Of a stretch of DNA of 64,000 nucleotides, positions 26,200 through 39,139 are shown piece by piece. Source of the stretch: Mobula hypostoma (lineage: Eukaryota); assembly GCF_963921235.1 (NCBI RefSeq), contig NC_086097.1, positions 28,026,001-28,090,000 on the forward strand, written 5' to 3'. Position 1 is the stretch's first letter. The number at the start of each line of letters is the position of its first letter. Below the pieces are notes generated by a model. That model saw nothing but the letters and a program-made list of their open reading frames with translations. It was not told the DNA's origin and made no database searches. The position numbers were made by a program, and so were the translations under genes.

Positions 26200-26420
26200 C
26201 ACCATGGTAGTGTGGTAACACTTCAGAGCACAAGCTACACCATCAGAGTTCAATTTCCACTGCTGTCCCAAGGAGTTTGTACATTCTTTCTGTAACCAAG
26301 TGAGTTTCATCTGGGTGCTCTGGCTTCTTCCCACATTCTAAAGATGTACAAGTTAGGGTTAATAAGTTGTGAGCATACTATGCTGACACCAGAAGACTAG
26401 TGATGCTTAACGTTGCCCCC
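26200..26420 (+). mobile_element. V-SINE/HE1-like SINE
   Basis: gagttcaattt...ggagtttgtacattct...ctgggtgctctggcttcttcccacattctaaagatgt. Confidence 0.65.
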
Positions 26421-26519
26421 AGAACATCTCTGGGCACTCTTCAACAAATGACAAATTCTCTCATATAAAAGATAGGATTTGAATACCACACCATGACCTA
26501 ATTATTGCCATGAGAAATT

Positions 26520-28273
26520 CAAACCAACCGGCCCCCAACCAACACATATTCCACTCTCCCCTCCTACCCCTCCTCACAGTCCCCCACCCTGCTCTCATGA
26601 CTATACCCCTCCCCCACACAAAACCACCATGGTGGGCTTCACGGCTGAACAGGTGAGAAGACAGCTGAAACGTCTCAACCCAAGCAAGGCTGCAGGACCG
26701 GATGGTGTCAGTACCAGGGTGCTCAAAGCCTGTGCTCCTCAGCTATGTGGAGTACTTCGCCATGTATTCAACATGAGCCTGAGGCTCCCGAGGGTTCCTG
26801 TACTGAGGAAGATGTCCTGCCTCATCCCTGTGCCGAAGACGCCGCGCCCCAGCAGCCTCAATGACTACAGACCAGTGGCATTGACCTCCCACATCATGAA
26901 GACCCTGGAGAGACTTGTTCTGGAGCTGCTCCGGCCTATGGTCAGGCCACACTTAGATCCCCTCCAGTACACCTACCAGCCCCCACTAGGAGTTGAGGAT
27001 GCCATCGTCTACCTGCTGAACTGTGTCTACGCCCACCTGAACAAGCCAGTGAGCACTGTGAGGGTCATGTTTTTTGACTTCTCCAGTGCGTTCAACACCA
27101 TCCGCCCTGCTCTGCTGGGGGAGAAGCTGACAGCAATGCAGGTGGATGCTTCCCTGGTGTCATGGATTCTTGATTACCTGACTGGCAGACCACAGTACGT
27201 GTGCTTGCAACACTGTGTGTCCGACAGAGTGATCAGCAGCACCGGGGCTACACAGGGGACTGTCTTGTCTTCCCTTTCTCTTCACCATTTACACCTCGGA
27301 CTTCAACTACTGCACAGAGTGCTGTCATCTTCAGAAGTTTTCGGATGACTCTGCCATAGTTGGATGCATCAGCAAGGGAGATGAGGTTGAGTACAGGGCT
27401 ACGGTAGGAAACTTTGTCACATGGTGTGAGCAGAATTATCTGCAGCTTAATGCAAAAAAGACTAAGGAGCTGGTGGTAGACCTGAGGAGAGCTATGGTAC
27501 CGGTGACCCCTGTTTCCATCTAGGGGATCAGTGTGGACATGGTGAAGGATTACAAATACCTGGGGATACGAATTGACAATAAACTGGACTGGTCTAAGAA
27601 CACTGAGGCTGTCTACAAGTAGGGTCAGAGCCGTCTCTATTTCCTGAGGAGACTGAGGTCCTTTAACATCTGCTGGACGATGCTGAGGATATTCTGTGGT
27701 GGCCAGTGCTATCATGTTTGCTGTTGTGTGCTGGGGCAGCAGGCTGAGGGTAGCAGACACCAACAGAATCAACAAACTCATTCGTAAGGCCAGTGATGTT
27801 GTGGGGATGGAACTGGACTCTCTCACGTTGGCATCTGAAAAGACGATGCTGTCTAAGTTGTATGCCATCTTGGTCAATGTCTCCCATCCACTACATAATG
27901 TACTGAGTGGGCACAGGAGTACATTCAGCCAGAGACTCATTCCTCTGAGATGCAGCACAGAGAGTCATAGGAAGTCATTCCTGCCTGTGGCCATCAAACT
28001 TTACAACTCCTCCCTTGGCGGGTCAGACACCCTGAGCTGATACGCTGGTCCTGGACTTATTTCATAATTTACTGGCATAATTTACAAATTACTATTTAAC
28101 TATTTATTACTATTTTCTATTACTATTTATTATTTCTATGACTATTACTATTTACTAATAGTAGTATTACTATTACTATTTCTATTACTATTTATTATTT
28201 ATGGTGCAACTGTAACGAAAACCAATTTCCCCCAGGATCGATAAAGTATGACTATGACTATGACTATGACTAT
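26520..28273 (+). mobile_element. Rex1/Babar LINE 3' half with (GACTAT)n tail
   Basis: ORF 26629-27348 has KAAGPDG, DYRPVALTS and FFDFSSAFNTI; ORF 27696-28040 follows; tail ataaagtatgactatgactat. AT-rich imperfect repeats at 28085-28200. Confidence 0.92.
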
Positions 28274-28309
28274 AAATGTCCAGTTCAGCAAAAGCAACAA
28301 TTGCGAATA

Positions 28310-28562
28310 TGAAGGGTCATAGACTCAAGATATTTGGAGGTTAATGTAGTTGGAGTGTCACAGGTAGCTTTTTTTCTTTACACATACACTGTAGTGGGTG
28401 CATGGAACAAGCTGCATTAGAGACAGATACATTTGGGATAGGAACATGAATGATAGAAAAAAATGGAGGACTATGTAGGAGGAAGAAGTTTAATTGATCT
28501 TGTAGTAGGTTAAAAAAAATGACACAATAACAAGGGCCAAAAAGCCTGCACTATTCTATGTT
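28310..28562 (+). mobile_element. CR1 3' tail fragment
   Basis: gtagtgggtgcatggaa...ctattctatgttct. Confidence 0.65.
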
Positions 28563-29854
28563 CTGAAAACAAAGACAATGTACTTGACGCCATGAAGGGC
28601 TTATTAATCTCCACAAGATAAAACTGCATTTCATCAATGAAACATTCCAAAATTGTCAAATTCACTAAGTCAGTGAAAGATACAATTTGATCTACTGAAA
28701 CTCACTGGTTTCCCAATACAATGAGATATCTGTAAGTGAATGCAATGCCACTGTCAGGATGTAGAAGTGTGTGCTAAGGCAGCGGTCCCCAACCACCGGG
28801 CCACAAAGCATGTGCTACTGGGCCGTGAGGAAACGATATGATTTGGCTATATGAGTCAGCTGCACCTTTCCTCTTTCCCTGCCATGTCCACTGTGGAGCT
28901 TGAACGCACGCGAGGTCATTACCCGCATATCATCCATGTCAGCGCAGGAAGGAGATCAACTCCTCGAGCTTGCAAATGGCGGCGGGCTGAAAAGTATGTT
29001 TGACATAACATCTTTGCCGGCATTCCGGATCAAAGTCAAGGCTAAATATCCTGAGATAGCCACGAAAGCACTGAAAACGTTGCTTCCATTTCCAACATAT
29101 CTCTGCAATGAATGCAACAAAAATTAAATTGCGGAATATACTGGACATAAGTAACCCCCTTCAAGTATCGCTGTCTCCCATCACCGTCTTGTTGCAGGAA
29201 AACAAGCCCAGGACTCCCACTGATTCAGCAATATTGGTGTGTTGCAATGATTTTATATATTCATACGGGGAAAATATGTGTGCTGTGCGTTTAATATCCG
29301 ACAGTTACTTAAAATGTTATGATGCTATTGACTTATAAGTGACTTATATAACCATATAATAATTACAGCGCGGAAACAAGCCATCTCTGTCCTGCTAGTC
29401 CGTGCCAAACGTTACTCTCACCTAGTCCCACCGACCTGCACTCAGCCCATAACCCTCCATTCCTTTCCTGTCCATATACCTATACAATTTTTCTTTGAAT
29501 GATAATATCAAACCTACCTCTACCACTTCTACTGGAAGTCCATTCAACACTTACTTCAAGCTCCCCTGTCCTCCCCTGATAATTGACTTATCACTATATT
29601 CATGCGAGGAAAATATGCGCTGTGTGTTTAATATTAAATTCGTTAGATAAACCCTTTTAGAAACGAAATTGAGTGTATTAGCCACTGGTCACCTATATTC
29701 TGGTCGTGATTAACACCCCCTCGAACAGAAGCACCAAAAACGATTTGTAGAAAAAAAAAATCGGCACATACACACGTGAGCACTAGTGCCCGCGCACGGC
29801 TTCATGGTCATTGTAGTCTTTCTCGGGGTAAACCCAACGTATTTGACTGCTACT

Positions 29855-30174
29855 CTCTCTCCTTTTTCTCCCTCTGTTCCTCTCACTATACCCCTTGCCC
29901 ATCTTCTGGGTCCCCCCCCTTTTCTTTCTCCCTGGGCCTCCCATCCCATGATCCTCTCATATCCCTTTTGCCAATCAGCTGTCCAGCTCTTGGCTCCATC
30001 CCTCCCCCTCCTGTCTTCTCCTATCATTTTGGATCTCCCCCTCCCACTTTCAATTCTCTTACTAGCTCTTCTTTCAGTTAGTCCTGACGAAGGGTCTCAG
30101 CCTGAAACGTCGACTGTACCTCTTCCTAGAGATGCTGCCTGGCCTGCTGCGTTCACCAGCAACTTTGATGTGTG
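29855..30174 (+). mobile_element. Penelope pLTR-only insertion inside the hAT element
   Basis: Closely matches the reverse complement of 6630-6960. TSD ttgactgctact (29843-54) / ttgaccgctact (30175-86). Confidence 0.88.
30080..30115 (+). ncRNA. Minimal type I hammerhead ribozyme
   Basis: agtc-CTGACGA-agggtctcagcct-GAAA-cgtc-gact. Confidence 0.8.
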
Positions 30175-31239
30175 TTGACCGCTACTTTTGTCAGTTTGCA
30201 ACCCTACCACCCGCTGGTCGGCAAGAATATTGTCAATATTAACCAATCCGAGTGCGATAAAGGTTGGGGACCCCTGTACTAAGGGATGTTCTGGAAGTTT
30301 GGTGCAGGCAGGTGACCATATATAAAAAAAGGTCATGGGGAAGGACTGAAATCCAAGGCCCAGGTGCTACTAGATATTGATAGTTGGGTCCTGAGTAACA
30401 GCCCTGCAAATACCTGAAGGGTATATCGTCCTAAGTAGCCACATGAGCAGCATTAAGTTAATCTACTGTATTCTATGTATAAAGGATTAATAGCATAATA
30501 ACTAATAATGTATAAATTTGACAATATTAGTAACGAAAAAAAAGCCATGCACTGTTTCACATGTGTTTATGATTAGAGTTTACTTTTGGAATAAAAAAAT
30601 TATGTTACCCAAAAGGCAAAAAACTATACTGAGTATCTGATAAGCAACAATTAGACTGAAGCTCCCTGATGGGTGGAAAAATGAGAAGAGGAGCAGATGT
30701 TGGCTTTTATCAAGTGTGGATCTTCCAAACGATAATTAGCAAACTAAGATTCCCGAAATATAAAATGCATTTGTGCTGCAGTTACAGAACAGGTTTTGGT
30801 CACTTGAATACTTTGGAACAAAGAGGTGAACACAAGTGGGACAAAGTGGTAACCATCTACAAATGGAGCAGTGAAGCTTGTTGCGCTAGACAGAAGACCG
30901 CAAATTATATTATACATAGTACGTGGGATACCATAGAAACCAGATGATCTGAGGGGAAAAGGTTCAAGCAGAAACCCCAGAGATTCACAGATACCACATA
31001 CAAAACAGCATGGCACAGAGGCCACTTCAATTTGCCCTGTCACAGACATTTCTTTTACTCTACACATTCAAACCCTTATTCTACTGAAAACTACCTCTTT
31101 TTCCCCAGTGGCACAGTTGAAGTGTTGCCCCTGAATATTTCTGGCAGTTTCTTTTTTTTTGAATTTCAGATTTCTTGTATCCACTTTTTTATGACAATTT
31201 TCACATCAGAAGTCAAAGCTTGAAACAGTAGACAAACAA

Positions 31240-32200
31240 TTACTTAACAACATAACCAGAGAATGCAAATGCACACAGTGACCAAGAAATCAACTATAAA
31301 ATGACAGTTTAATCAGTGGCAAATGGCAGACATTGACAATTGAACTGAGAGACAAACAAGGCATCTGCTGACAACAGCCAAAGAACCAGAAATGCATGGA
31401 CAGAACACTACCAAGAATTACTGAACAAGGAACAAGTGTCCAGGAGGAAGAACTGGCAATAACACTGGCCACAAAAGGATGAGGTCATCCAAGGCATTAA
31501 TCTTTTTAAAAATAAAACAGAAAACAGAAGTGTTAAAAGCAAACCCTGAGTTTGCAGTTTCTCTTCTGGCCCCTTTATTCCCAAGAGTGAGAAAGACAAA
31601 GCCCCAAATGGTAACAATAACCAAGAAATAAATGCTCCATGACTGAAAAACTAGTATATTACAAATTTAACTATGCCACAAAAGACAGAGCATTAGATTA
31701 TTGCCCAGCAAACATCAGAGCAGCTTGTAGTCCTCTCAGCAAAGAAAACACTAGTTTTTGAAAATAATGTGTATGCACAAACCAGATTTTATTCTGTAAA
31801 ATTTAATAGATCCACAGTCATAATCGCAAAGTTGACTGGATATAAACCTCAGAATCAGTCTAAGGCACATTCTGTGGGCATACAAAAATCCCTCTCAACA
31901 CAAAACCATCAAATACCACTCCCACTTTACATGCAGTGCTGATCACAGCAAACTCAATTCAAGTCAAAACAGGAATGCATGAAGATTGTGTCATGCAAAT
32001 CTTCTCAATACTGACAATTGACTGCACAGTGCAGTATACCAGCTCACAGCAAAAGGACATACCAAAAGGCAGTTAACTTCACTCTTATCACATTCTCAAA
32101 ATACTTCAAATCAATATTCAGTAAGCAAATTGAACAGAAAATTATTGAATTTTAAGCACTGCTTTGCTATCACCCATATAGATAGAGGACCACTTTTCAC
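31240..32200 (+). mobile_element. Ancient RTE-clade LINE remnant
   Basis: Decayed motifs DKQG.LLTTAKE...WTEHYQELLN, DEVIQGI and QVKTG....C in the expected RTE order. Confidence 0.55.
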
Positions 32201-32219
32201 CAACAGAAACATTCACATG

Positions 32220-32530
32220 TAGTAGAATAGCACTGTGGGTTATGCAGGTGTCTCACAGGCCTAGATCTAATTCTGATCTCTAGTCAAATCTGTTTGGTGT
32301 TTGTTTATTCTCTGTCATTGTGGGGTTTTCCTGGGAGCTCCAATTTCCTTCTACATCCTGATGACATGCAAAATGGTAGATTATACTTGGCTTTTGTAAA
32401 TTACTTCTAGTGCAGGTGACTAGTGGGAGAATCAAGGTGATATGCAAGAGAGAAAGATGAAGCAGGTGAAAGAATGGGATTGATGGGTACAGGCTCAATG
32501 GACTGATTGCCTGCATTCTCTGTTGTACGA
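32220..32530 (+). mobile_element. Decayed V-SINE-like SINE
   Basis: tgtggggttttcctgggagctccaatttccttctacatcc core. Confidence 0.55.
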
Positions 32531-33509
32531 CACTATGGAGGACATCCTGTAAAGTGGTTAAGTGGTTCCAACAAAGCTACTCTATGACTAGATTTACAAA
32601 AAGGACAGACACAAGTCTCACAAAAGCAAAGCCAGCTAACCAAAAACAACAATGTGGGTCGTTTACTCCTGAAAAGAAAGCAAGACATTTTTAAAGTTTC
32701 TTACTATACACTAATAATGAAAATTATGTAACTAAAATCATTGTTGAAGTTTTCAAGAGAATAATGTTTAAAAATAAGGATGATAATTATATAAAGTTTC
32801 AATGGTATAGACTGCAGAAACAAAATTTTCTCTTCTGTATAAAGGACAACAATATAGATAATCACCAAACCCAAAAAGAAATCAAATACAGATTCAGAAG
32901 GAATTTCTTATCCAGAGTGTGGTAATAATGTGGGACGTCTTACCAGAGGAAGTGATTGAGGTGAACAGCACAGGTAAAGTCAAGAGAAAACTGAATAACC
33001 TCGAAGATGGACACTATCGACAAGTAACTGTTACTATTCCACAAGTGACTGTACACATCCTCATCCTTGTGATAGGAACTTAGTTTCTGAATTATAAATA
33101 TGGGAATGTAGGAATATGGGAACACTGGAACAGTCCTTATTCTTTCAAGCTGGCTGTCATCTACTTTGATCACTAGAGATCTCTAACCTAACTCTACTCA
33201 CTTGAAAGTATTTATTTGCATTTTCACAGATTTTAAACAATCCCAGATGCAACATTTTTTTGGGGGGTTAAAGTTCCAAGTTTCCACTGTGAAAATTTGT
33301 AATCGCTCTCAAATCTTTCACATTACCCAATTCCACTCCAGTGGAACCAGAGTTCTAGGAGCTAATCAGCCACAGCAGCAATTCTTCAATAAAAAACAGA
33401 TAATTAAGCAAGTGAAAACTTAGATGTCAAACTCTCCCTGTGACCCGTGCACATTACGTAAACCATAATGATTACACATACAGTTAACTGCAAGCAATAC
33501 TTGAGAGCC

Positions 33510-33718
33510 TCAGTTAATAGATCCTGTGTCATCAAGCGTTTCATAAGCTCATCCTTAACAATTGACTCCAACATCTTCCCAACCACTGAGGTTGAGTCGA
33601 TGGTGAGGAAGGCAAATGCAATGTTAGCATTCATTTCAAGAGGTCAAGAGTAAGAGCAGGGACATGATGCTTAGACTTTATAAGACACTGGTGAGGCCTC
33701 ACCTTGAGTATTGTGAGT
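33510..33718. mobile_element. Two CR1 RT fragments joined in opposite orientation
   Basis: Minus-strand TSVVGKMLESIVKD (33510-33591) abuts plus-strand VRKANAMLAFISRG (33587-33718). Confidence 0.75.
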
Positions 33719-33809
33719 ATTTCAACTCACCTATCTTACCCCTATAAAAAAAGCTGAGTCAATACAAATGATATCCACGTTTAGCTCCTCTATTAATTCT
33801 AGAGAAAAG

Positions 33810-33925
33810 AGAGTGCAGATGCTAGAAACTGGAGCAACAATCAAGCAGATGGAAGAACTCAGCAGGCAGGCAGCCTCTGGAGGGTAAAGGACAGTTAATG
33901 TTTCAGGTCGAGACCCATCATTGAT
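33810..33925 (-). mobile_element. Decayed Penelope 3' end
   Basis: gcagatgctag...gaactcagcaggcaggcagc...gtttcaggtcgagaccc. Confidence 0.6.
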
Positions 33926-34830
33926 TGTCTACTACTAATTCTCACTTGTTTAAAGCTCTATCACCAACTTAATTAAAATTAAGCTTTTCAGCATCTGTGT
34001 TCAGCACGTGATTTTCAAAGGGATAGAGCTCCACCTACGCTCAGTTTTTTCCCTACTGTGCAGTGCAATGGAAAAGATATAGCAGCATCCATATAATGGC
34101 ATCAAGGGGCCACGCTGAAAGATATCAATTCAAGCCACGGTTGACCAAATCAGTCTTTTGATTTGAGCGCCTGAAATAACCCAAAGCAAAAAGGAACATC
34201 GAAACCATGAACAGAATTTAAACCAAAATAATTTAAATTGGAGCCTCTGGGAACCAGATGGCAAGATCAATCCAAAAACAAGACAAGAATAAAAGTGAAC
34301 AAGACCTGGTCACAGATTACAACATGCTGTAGTGTTTTGGTCAAGCTAAAATTAATTTTAAGTCATAGATGGGAGGCAACTCGGGGAAAATTTGGAAAGC
34401 ATCGAAATGTTAAGGAACTGAAAAGGTAACATATGGGATGAGATACAAAGCAGAACATAGTGTAAATGGATTTAACAATAATGCATTTCCAGTCAGTATG
34501 ATTGCATTGATGCAACTTTGGCTAGGGTTATTCTGCACTGATGAGAAGCCTTATTAGCAATTTGAAACGAGAAATGGCTACTTTCCAGGGCTTCAGTCAA
34601 GAACAAGACTGGCAAATTAATCTCATTAATAAAAACAGGATTTCATTTTATAAAAAGGAATATTGCAGATTTTCAAATAAGACACCATTTACAATGTCAG
34701 CTGGAATGGAAGTGTGAGAGGCAGCAGTTGAACAGGAACAGAAAAAATTTCATCAAAACATAGATCTTACAAATGTTTTGAACTTAAAATTTCCATTGTT
34801 TGTAATATCATATCTTTAAGTCCAAAACTA

Positions 34831-37425
34831 CAGCGCCTTGTAAAAGCATTCATACCCCAATTCTATGTTCAAATAAAATGTGTTTTACAACCAGGGATTG
34901 TGATTAATTTAATGGTTTTTTTTAAATTTGTGAATCACCTGCTCCTTTTCCACCGTAGAGCACAATAAACAGGGAAAATGATAAAGCATGAAAAATCTAA
35001 AAAAAAAATCAAAAACTGAAATGTCATCAGTTCAAAAGTATTCATCCCCCTTTGCTCAGCACTTAGTTGAGCCACCTCTTGCAGCTATTATGACCTGTAG
35101 TCTTTTTGGATAAGACTCTATTAAGAGTCTTGGAGGAAAAACGTAATGGAGGAAGATATGCCAATTCTTCCCTGCAAAATTACTCAGGATTAACAGGTTA
35201 GTTGAGGAGAGGCAGTACACAGCAATCTTGAGATCTTGGCAGAAATGTTCAACTGGGTTAAGATCAGGACTCTGACTAGGCCACCCAAGGACATCAATTT
35301 TCTTCATTTGAAGCCCCTCCATGATTGCTCTGGCAGTGTGTTTTGGGTTGTTGTCTTGCTGAAGGATGACCTTCCTCCCCTCCTCAGTTCAAGCTTTCTG
35401 GCAGAAGCTAGCAGGTTTTTAAATCCAGGATTTTTCTGTGTTTAGCAGCATTCACCTTCCCATCAATCCTGACCAGATTTTCATTCCTGCAGATGAACAG
35501 CATCCCAAAGCATGATGCTACCTCCACCATACTTACAGAAGGGATTGTGATACTTGACAGATGTGTAGTATTGCATTTACACTACATGTACTGCTTAGTG
35601 TTGAGGCCCAAAGGTTCCATTTTAATCTCATCCAACAACAAGTTCTTCTTCAACATCTTTACAGCATCTTCTAAGTTACGCTTTGTAAAGTCTTTGCAGG
35701 CAAGGATATGCTTTTTTAAAAAAAACAGCGCTTCTTCCTTGCCACTCTTCCATAAATACACTTTTTGCGCAAGGCCTTGGAGATTGTGGAACCATGAACC
35801 TCATCTCCAGTTGCTGCCGCACACTTCTGTAGCCTTTGACAGATGGCGTCACAGTAGCCTCTCTTACAAGTGCCATTATTCTGCAGCAACTAAGTTTAGA
35901 GGGGTAGACTGACCTAGGCAGGGGGGCTGTGCTTTCATATTTTTCCACCCTTTTTACAATGGACTACACTGAGCTGAGGCATGTTCAGTGTCTTTGAGAT
36001 AGTCTTATACCCTTCTCCAGATTTGTGCTTCTCTATTATCATTTCCCTGACTTGCCTTGAATGCTCCTTTGTCTTCATTTTGGTTTGGTGTGTGGGAAAT
36101 CTACCATACCACTGGACCTTACAGAGAGAAGGGGCATTTTTATTCAGGTGATCCTCATTTTGCTAGATCAACAAATTGGGCGAGTTGGTAAAGTAATATA
36201 CCGTTGCATCCAAGGAAAGTTAGCATAGTACGTAATTACAAAGTAGATGAATAGTTTTTCAGCATCACAATTTTGGTTTTTAATTTTTAGTAACTTGTTG
36301 ACAGGTTTTGGAATTTTTCTTCTGGTATGAAATAATACAATGTTTCCTAGATATGAACATAGAACATAGAAATTTACAGCTCTTTATGGGCTCTTCAGCC
36401 CACAATGTTGTGCCGACCACGTAACCAACTCTACAGACTGCCTGGAATTTCCCTAGCGCAAAACCCTTTATTTTTCTAAGATCTATGTACCTATCTAAGA
36501 AGCTCTTAAAAGATCCTATTGTATCCACTTCCACCGCTGCCACCGGCATTGCATTCAACACACTCACTCGCTGTGTGAAAAACTTACCCCTGACATCCCC
36601 TTGGTACTCATTCCCAAGCACCTTAAAACTATGTCCCCTCGTTAGCCAATCAGCCCTGGGGAAAGACTCTGGCTATCAACAATGCCCTTGATCATCTTAT
36701 ACACCTCTATCAGGTCACCCTTCATCCTCCGTCGCTCCAAGGAGAAAAGGCTCAATACACTCAACCTATTCTCATAAGGTACTCCCTCCAATCCAGGCCA
36801 CATCCTTGTAAATCTCCTCTGCACTCACTCTCTATAGTATCCACATCCTTCCTGTAGTGAGGTGACCAAAACTGAACACAGTACTCCAAGTGGGGTCTGA
36901 CCAAGGTCTTACAGCTGTAACATCACCTCACGGCTCTTGAACTCAATTCTATGGATGATGAATGCCAATACACCATATGTCTTCTTAACAACACTGTCAA
37001 CCTGCGCAGCGGCTTGGAGTGTCCTATCGACACAGACCCAAAGATATCTCAGATCCTCTACACTACCAAGAGTATTACCATTTATATTATATTCTGTCTT
37101 CAAATTGAACCTACCAAAATGATCCACTTCACACTTATCTGAGTTGAAGTCCATCTGCCACTTCTCAGCCCAGTTCTGCATCGTATCGATGTCCCACTGT
37201 AACCTCTGACAACCCTCCATACTATCCACAACACCTCCAACCTTTGTGCCATCAGCAAACTTACTAACCCACCCTTCTACTTCTTCATCCAGATCATTTA
37301 TAAAAATCATAAAGAGGGGTCCCAAAAATATGCTCAAAAATCCTTCTTCAATATATCTTAAATTTAGAAAATGAGACAGTAAAATGTGAAAATAGTTATG
37401 GGGGCTGAATACTTTTTCAAAGCAT
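34831..37425 (-). mobile_element. Decayed Tc1 transposon interrupted by CR1
   Basis: Starts TA-cagcgccttgtaaaagcattcatacccc and ends ggggctgaatactttttcaaagca. Transposase pieces 35056-35948 include WPSQSPDLNPVEH and IAARGGSTKC. Confidence 0.85.
36356..37327 (-). mobile_element. CR1 3' portion nested in Tc1
   Basis: LGPLFMIFINDLD, KFADGTK; tail aacatagaacatag; possible short TSD atatg. Confidence 0.88.
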
Positions 37426-37687
37426 AAGAATAAAAAAAATAAAGCATTAATGATGAGATGGAGGTAAAAGTGGAGGCTGGTAGCTCAGGAGAAATTTATA
37501 ACTGTTAACTGGCAAGAAATTGACAAATTAAGAGTGAACTGCTCAAGTTGGCCCAAATTTTTAAAAAAGTCATGGACAGATGGTCACAGAGGAAATGCTC
37601 ATTGCATTTACAAGGCAGATTTAAAGTAAGGCCCCAAATCCTAAAAAAAGACCTTTAAGGCTTGTAAATCACATGGCTCAAAATATA

Positions 37688-37935
37688 AAAGTTGCTGGTG
37701 AACGCAGCAGGCCAGACAGCATCTCTAGGAAGATGTACAGTCGACGTTTCGGGCCGAGACCCTTCGTCAGGACTAACTGAAGGAAGAGCTAGTAAGAGAT
37801 TTGAAAGTGGGAGGGGGAGGGGGAGATCTGAAATGACAGGAAAAGACAGGAGGGGGAGGGATGGAGCCAAGAGCTGGACAGGTGATTGGCAAAAGGGATA
37901 TGAGAGGATCATGGGACAGGAGGCCTAGGGAGAAA
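37688..37935 (-). mobile_element. Penelope pLTR fragment
   Basis: Highly similar to 6640-6890. Confidence 0.85.
37739..37774 (-). ncRNA. Minimal type I hammerhead ribozyme
   Basis: Minus strand reads agtc-CTGACGA-agggtctcggccc-GAAA-cgtc-gact. Confidence 0.8.
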
Positions 37936-37999
37936 GGAACCTGTTCAATTTCACAATTCAAATTTACCAGCACTAACAAAGTTATGTTACATTTCAATA

Positions 38000-38099
38000 G
38001 ACAACACACATCAAAGTTGCTGGTGAATGCAGCAGGCCAGGCAGCATCTCTAGGAAGAGGTACAGTCGACGTTTCAGGCCAAGACCCTTCGTCAGGACT
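38000..38099 (-). mobile_element. 100-bp Penelope 3'-end mini-insertion
   Basis: 10-bp TSD CATTTCAATA at 37990-37999 and 38100-38109. Confidence 0.88.
38064..38099 (-). ncRNA. Minimal type I hammerhead ribozyme
   Basis: Minus strand reads agtc-CTGACGA-agggtcttggcct-GAAA-cgtc-gact. Confidence 0.8.
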
Positions 38100-39139
38100 C
38101 ATTTCAATATATTGCTGTGAGCAACCACAAAGTACAAAACAAAGTCCACAGCTAAATCACCTCCTCTAAAATAGCAGCAGCTGTGCTGATCCCTCACTGA
38201 TTCTCCCAAGGTCATCAACTCATCAGGAAAAAGCAAGCTCTGTGACATCAGTGAACCAAAACAAACTCCAGATTTGTGAAGCACCTGAATCTTGAAACAC
38301 TGAAACTGAGTCACATGGTGCTAAATTTACAATTCATGCAGTGATTTTTTTTTAAAATATTACTAGCTTGACAGAATTGGAAATGCTCTGGAACAGTATT
38401 ATAATTTCTAGTACTACATGGCATACATTTGTAAGACTTACATTTTATATCATCTTTATTAAGAAATGCATTGGATTTTAACAACTTCTTCAGAATATTA
38501 AATCATTGCTGCTTCATAATTGGTCAACAATAAATAACCTCAAAAGCAACCCACGATAAATTACTTTGGTGGGAATGGAAAATGTATTAACTGATCTTTA
38601 GTGTTTCCAATTTATAATGTACCAATTTAATACTGAAGAGCTACTGTTTTTCCATTAGAATCCACAGACCACTTGCTTAATAGTATTGGTCCATGGCAAT
38701 AAAGAGGGTTAGGAATCCCTGCATAAGATGCTACTGGAGTGGAGTTTACTGATTTTCCGGTGACCAAATTACTAACCTAACCAAGAACACTATAACTAAA
38801 TGAGCAGTTACTTTTAGATTCTGCTGCTGTTTGCATTGCTGCATTTCCTGGCTGACTACAAAACTAACTTATAATGACTTTCAAACTAAAGTCAATGGTG
38901 CACAATAAAGCTTTGATTATATTGTACGGCTACCAAGATCTATTGTTGCGTTGATTTGTGGCCAACAGCAGCAGTATGGTTTGTCCATACACATTCCCAC
39001 TACTATAACAGTAGATTAAATAAAAGATGAGCCAGTGAAACCAACTAGTTTACTTGATGTGAAGCTTGAAAACTGATTTTTGATCATTTACACCAAGTCA
39101 ATCATGCATAATTACATTATAATACACTAATTTCATTTA

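Larger units (their letters stand above)
28780..30276 (+). mobile_element. Non-autonomous hAT (Buster/Charlie-like) element
   Basis: TIRs cagcggtccccaacc / ggttggggacccctg. 8-bp TSD tgctaagg / tactaagg. Transposase C-terminal remnant YPEIATKALKTLLPFPTYLC at 28900-29127. Confidence 0.88.
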
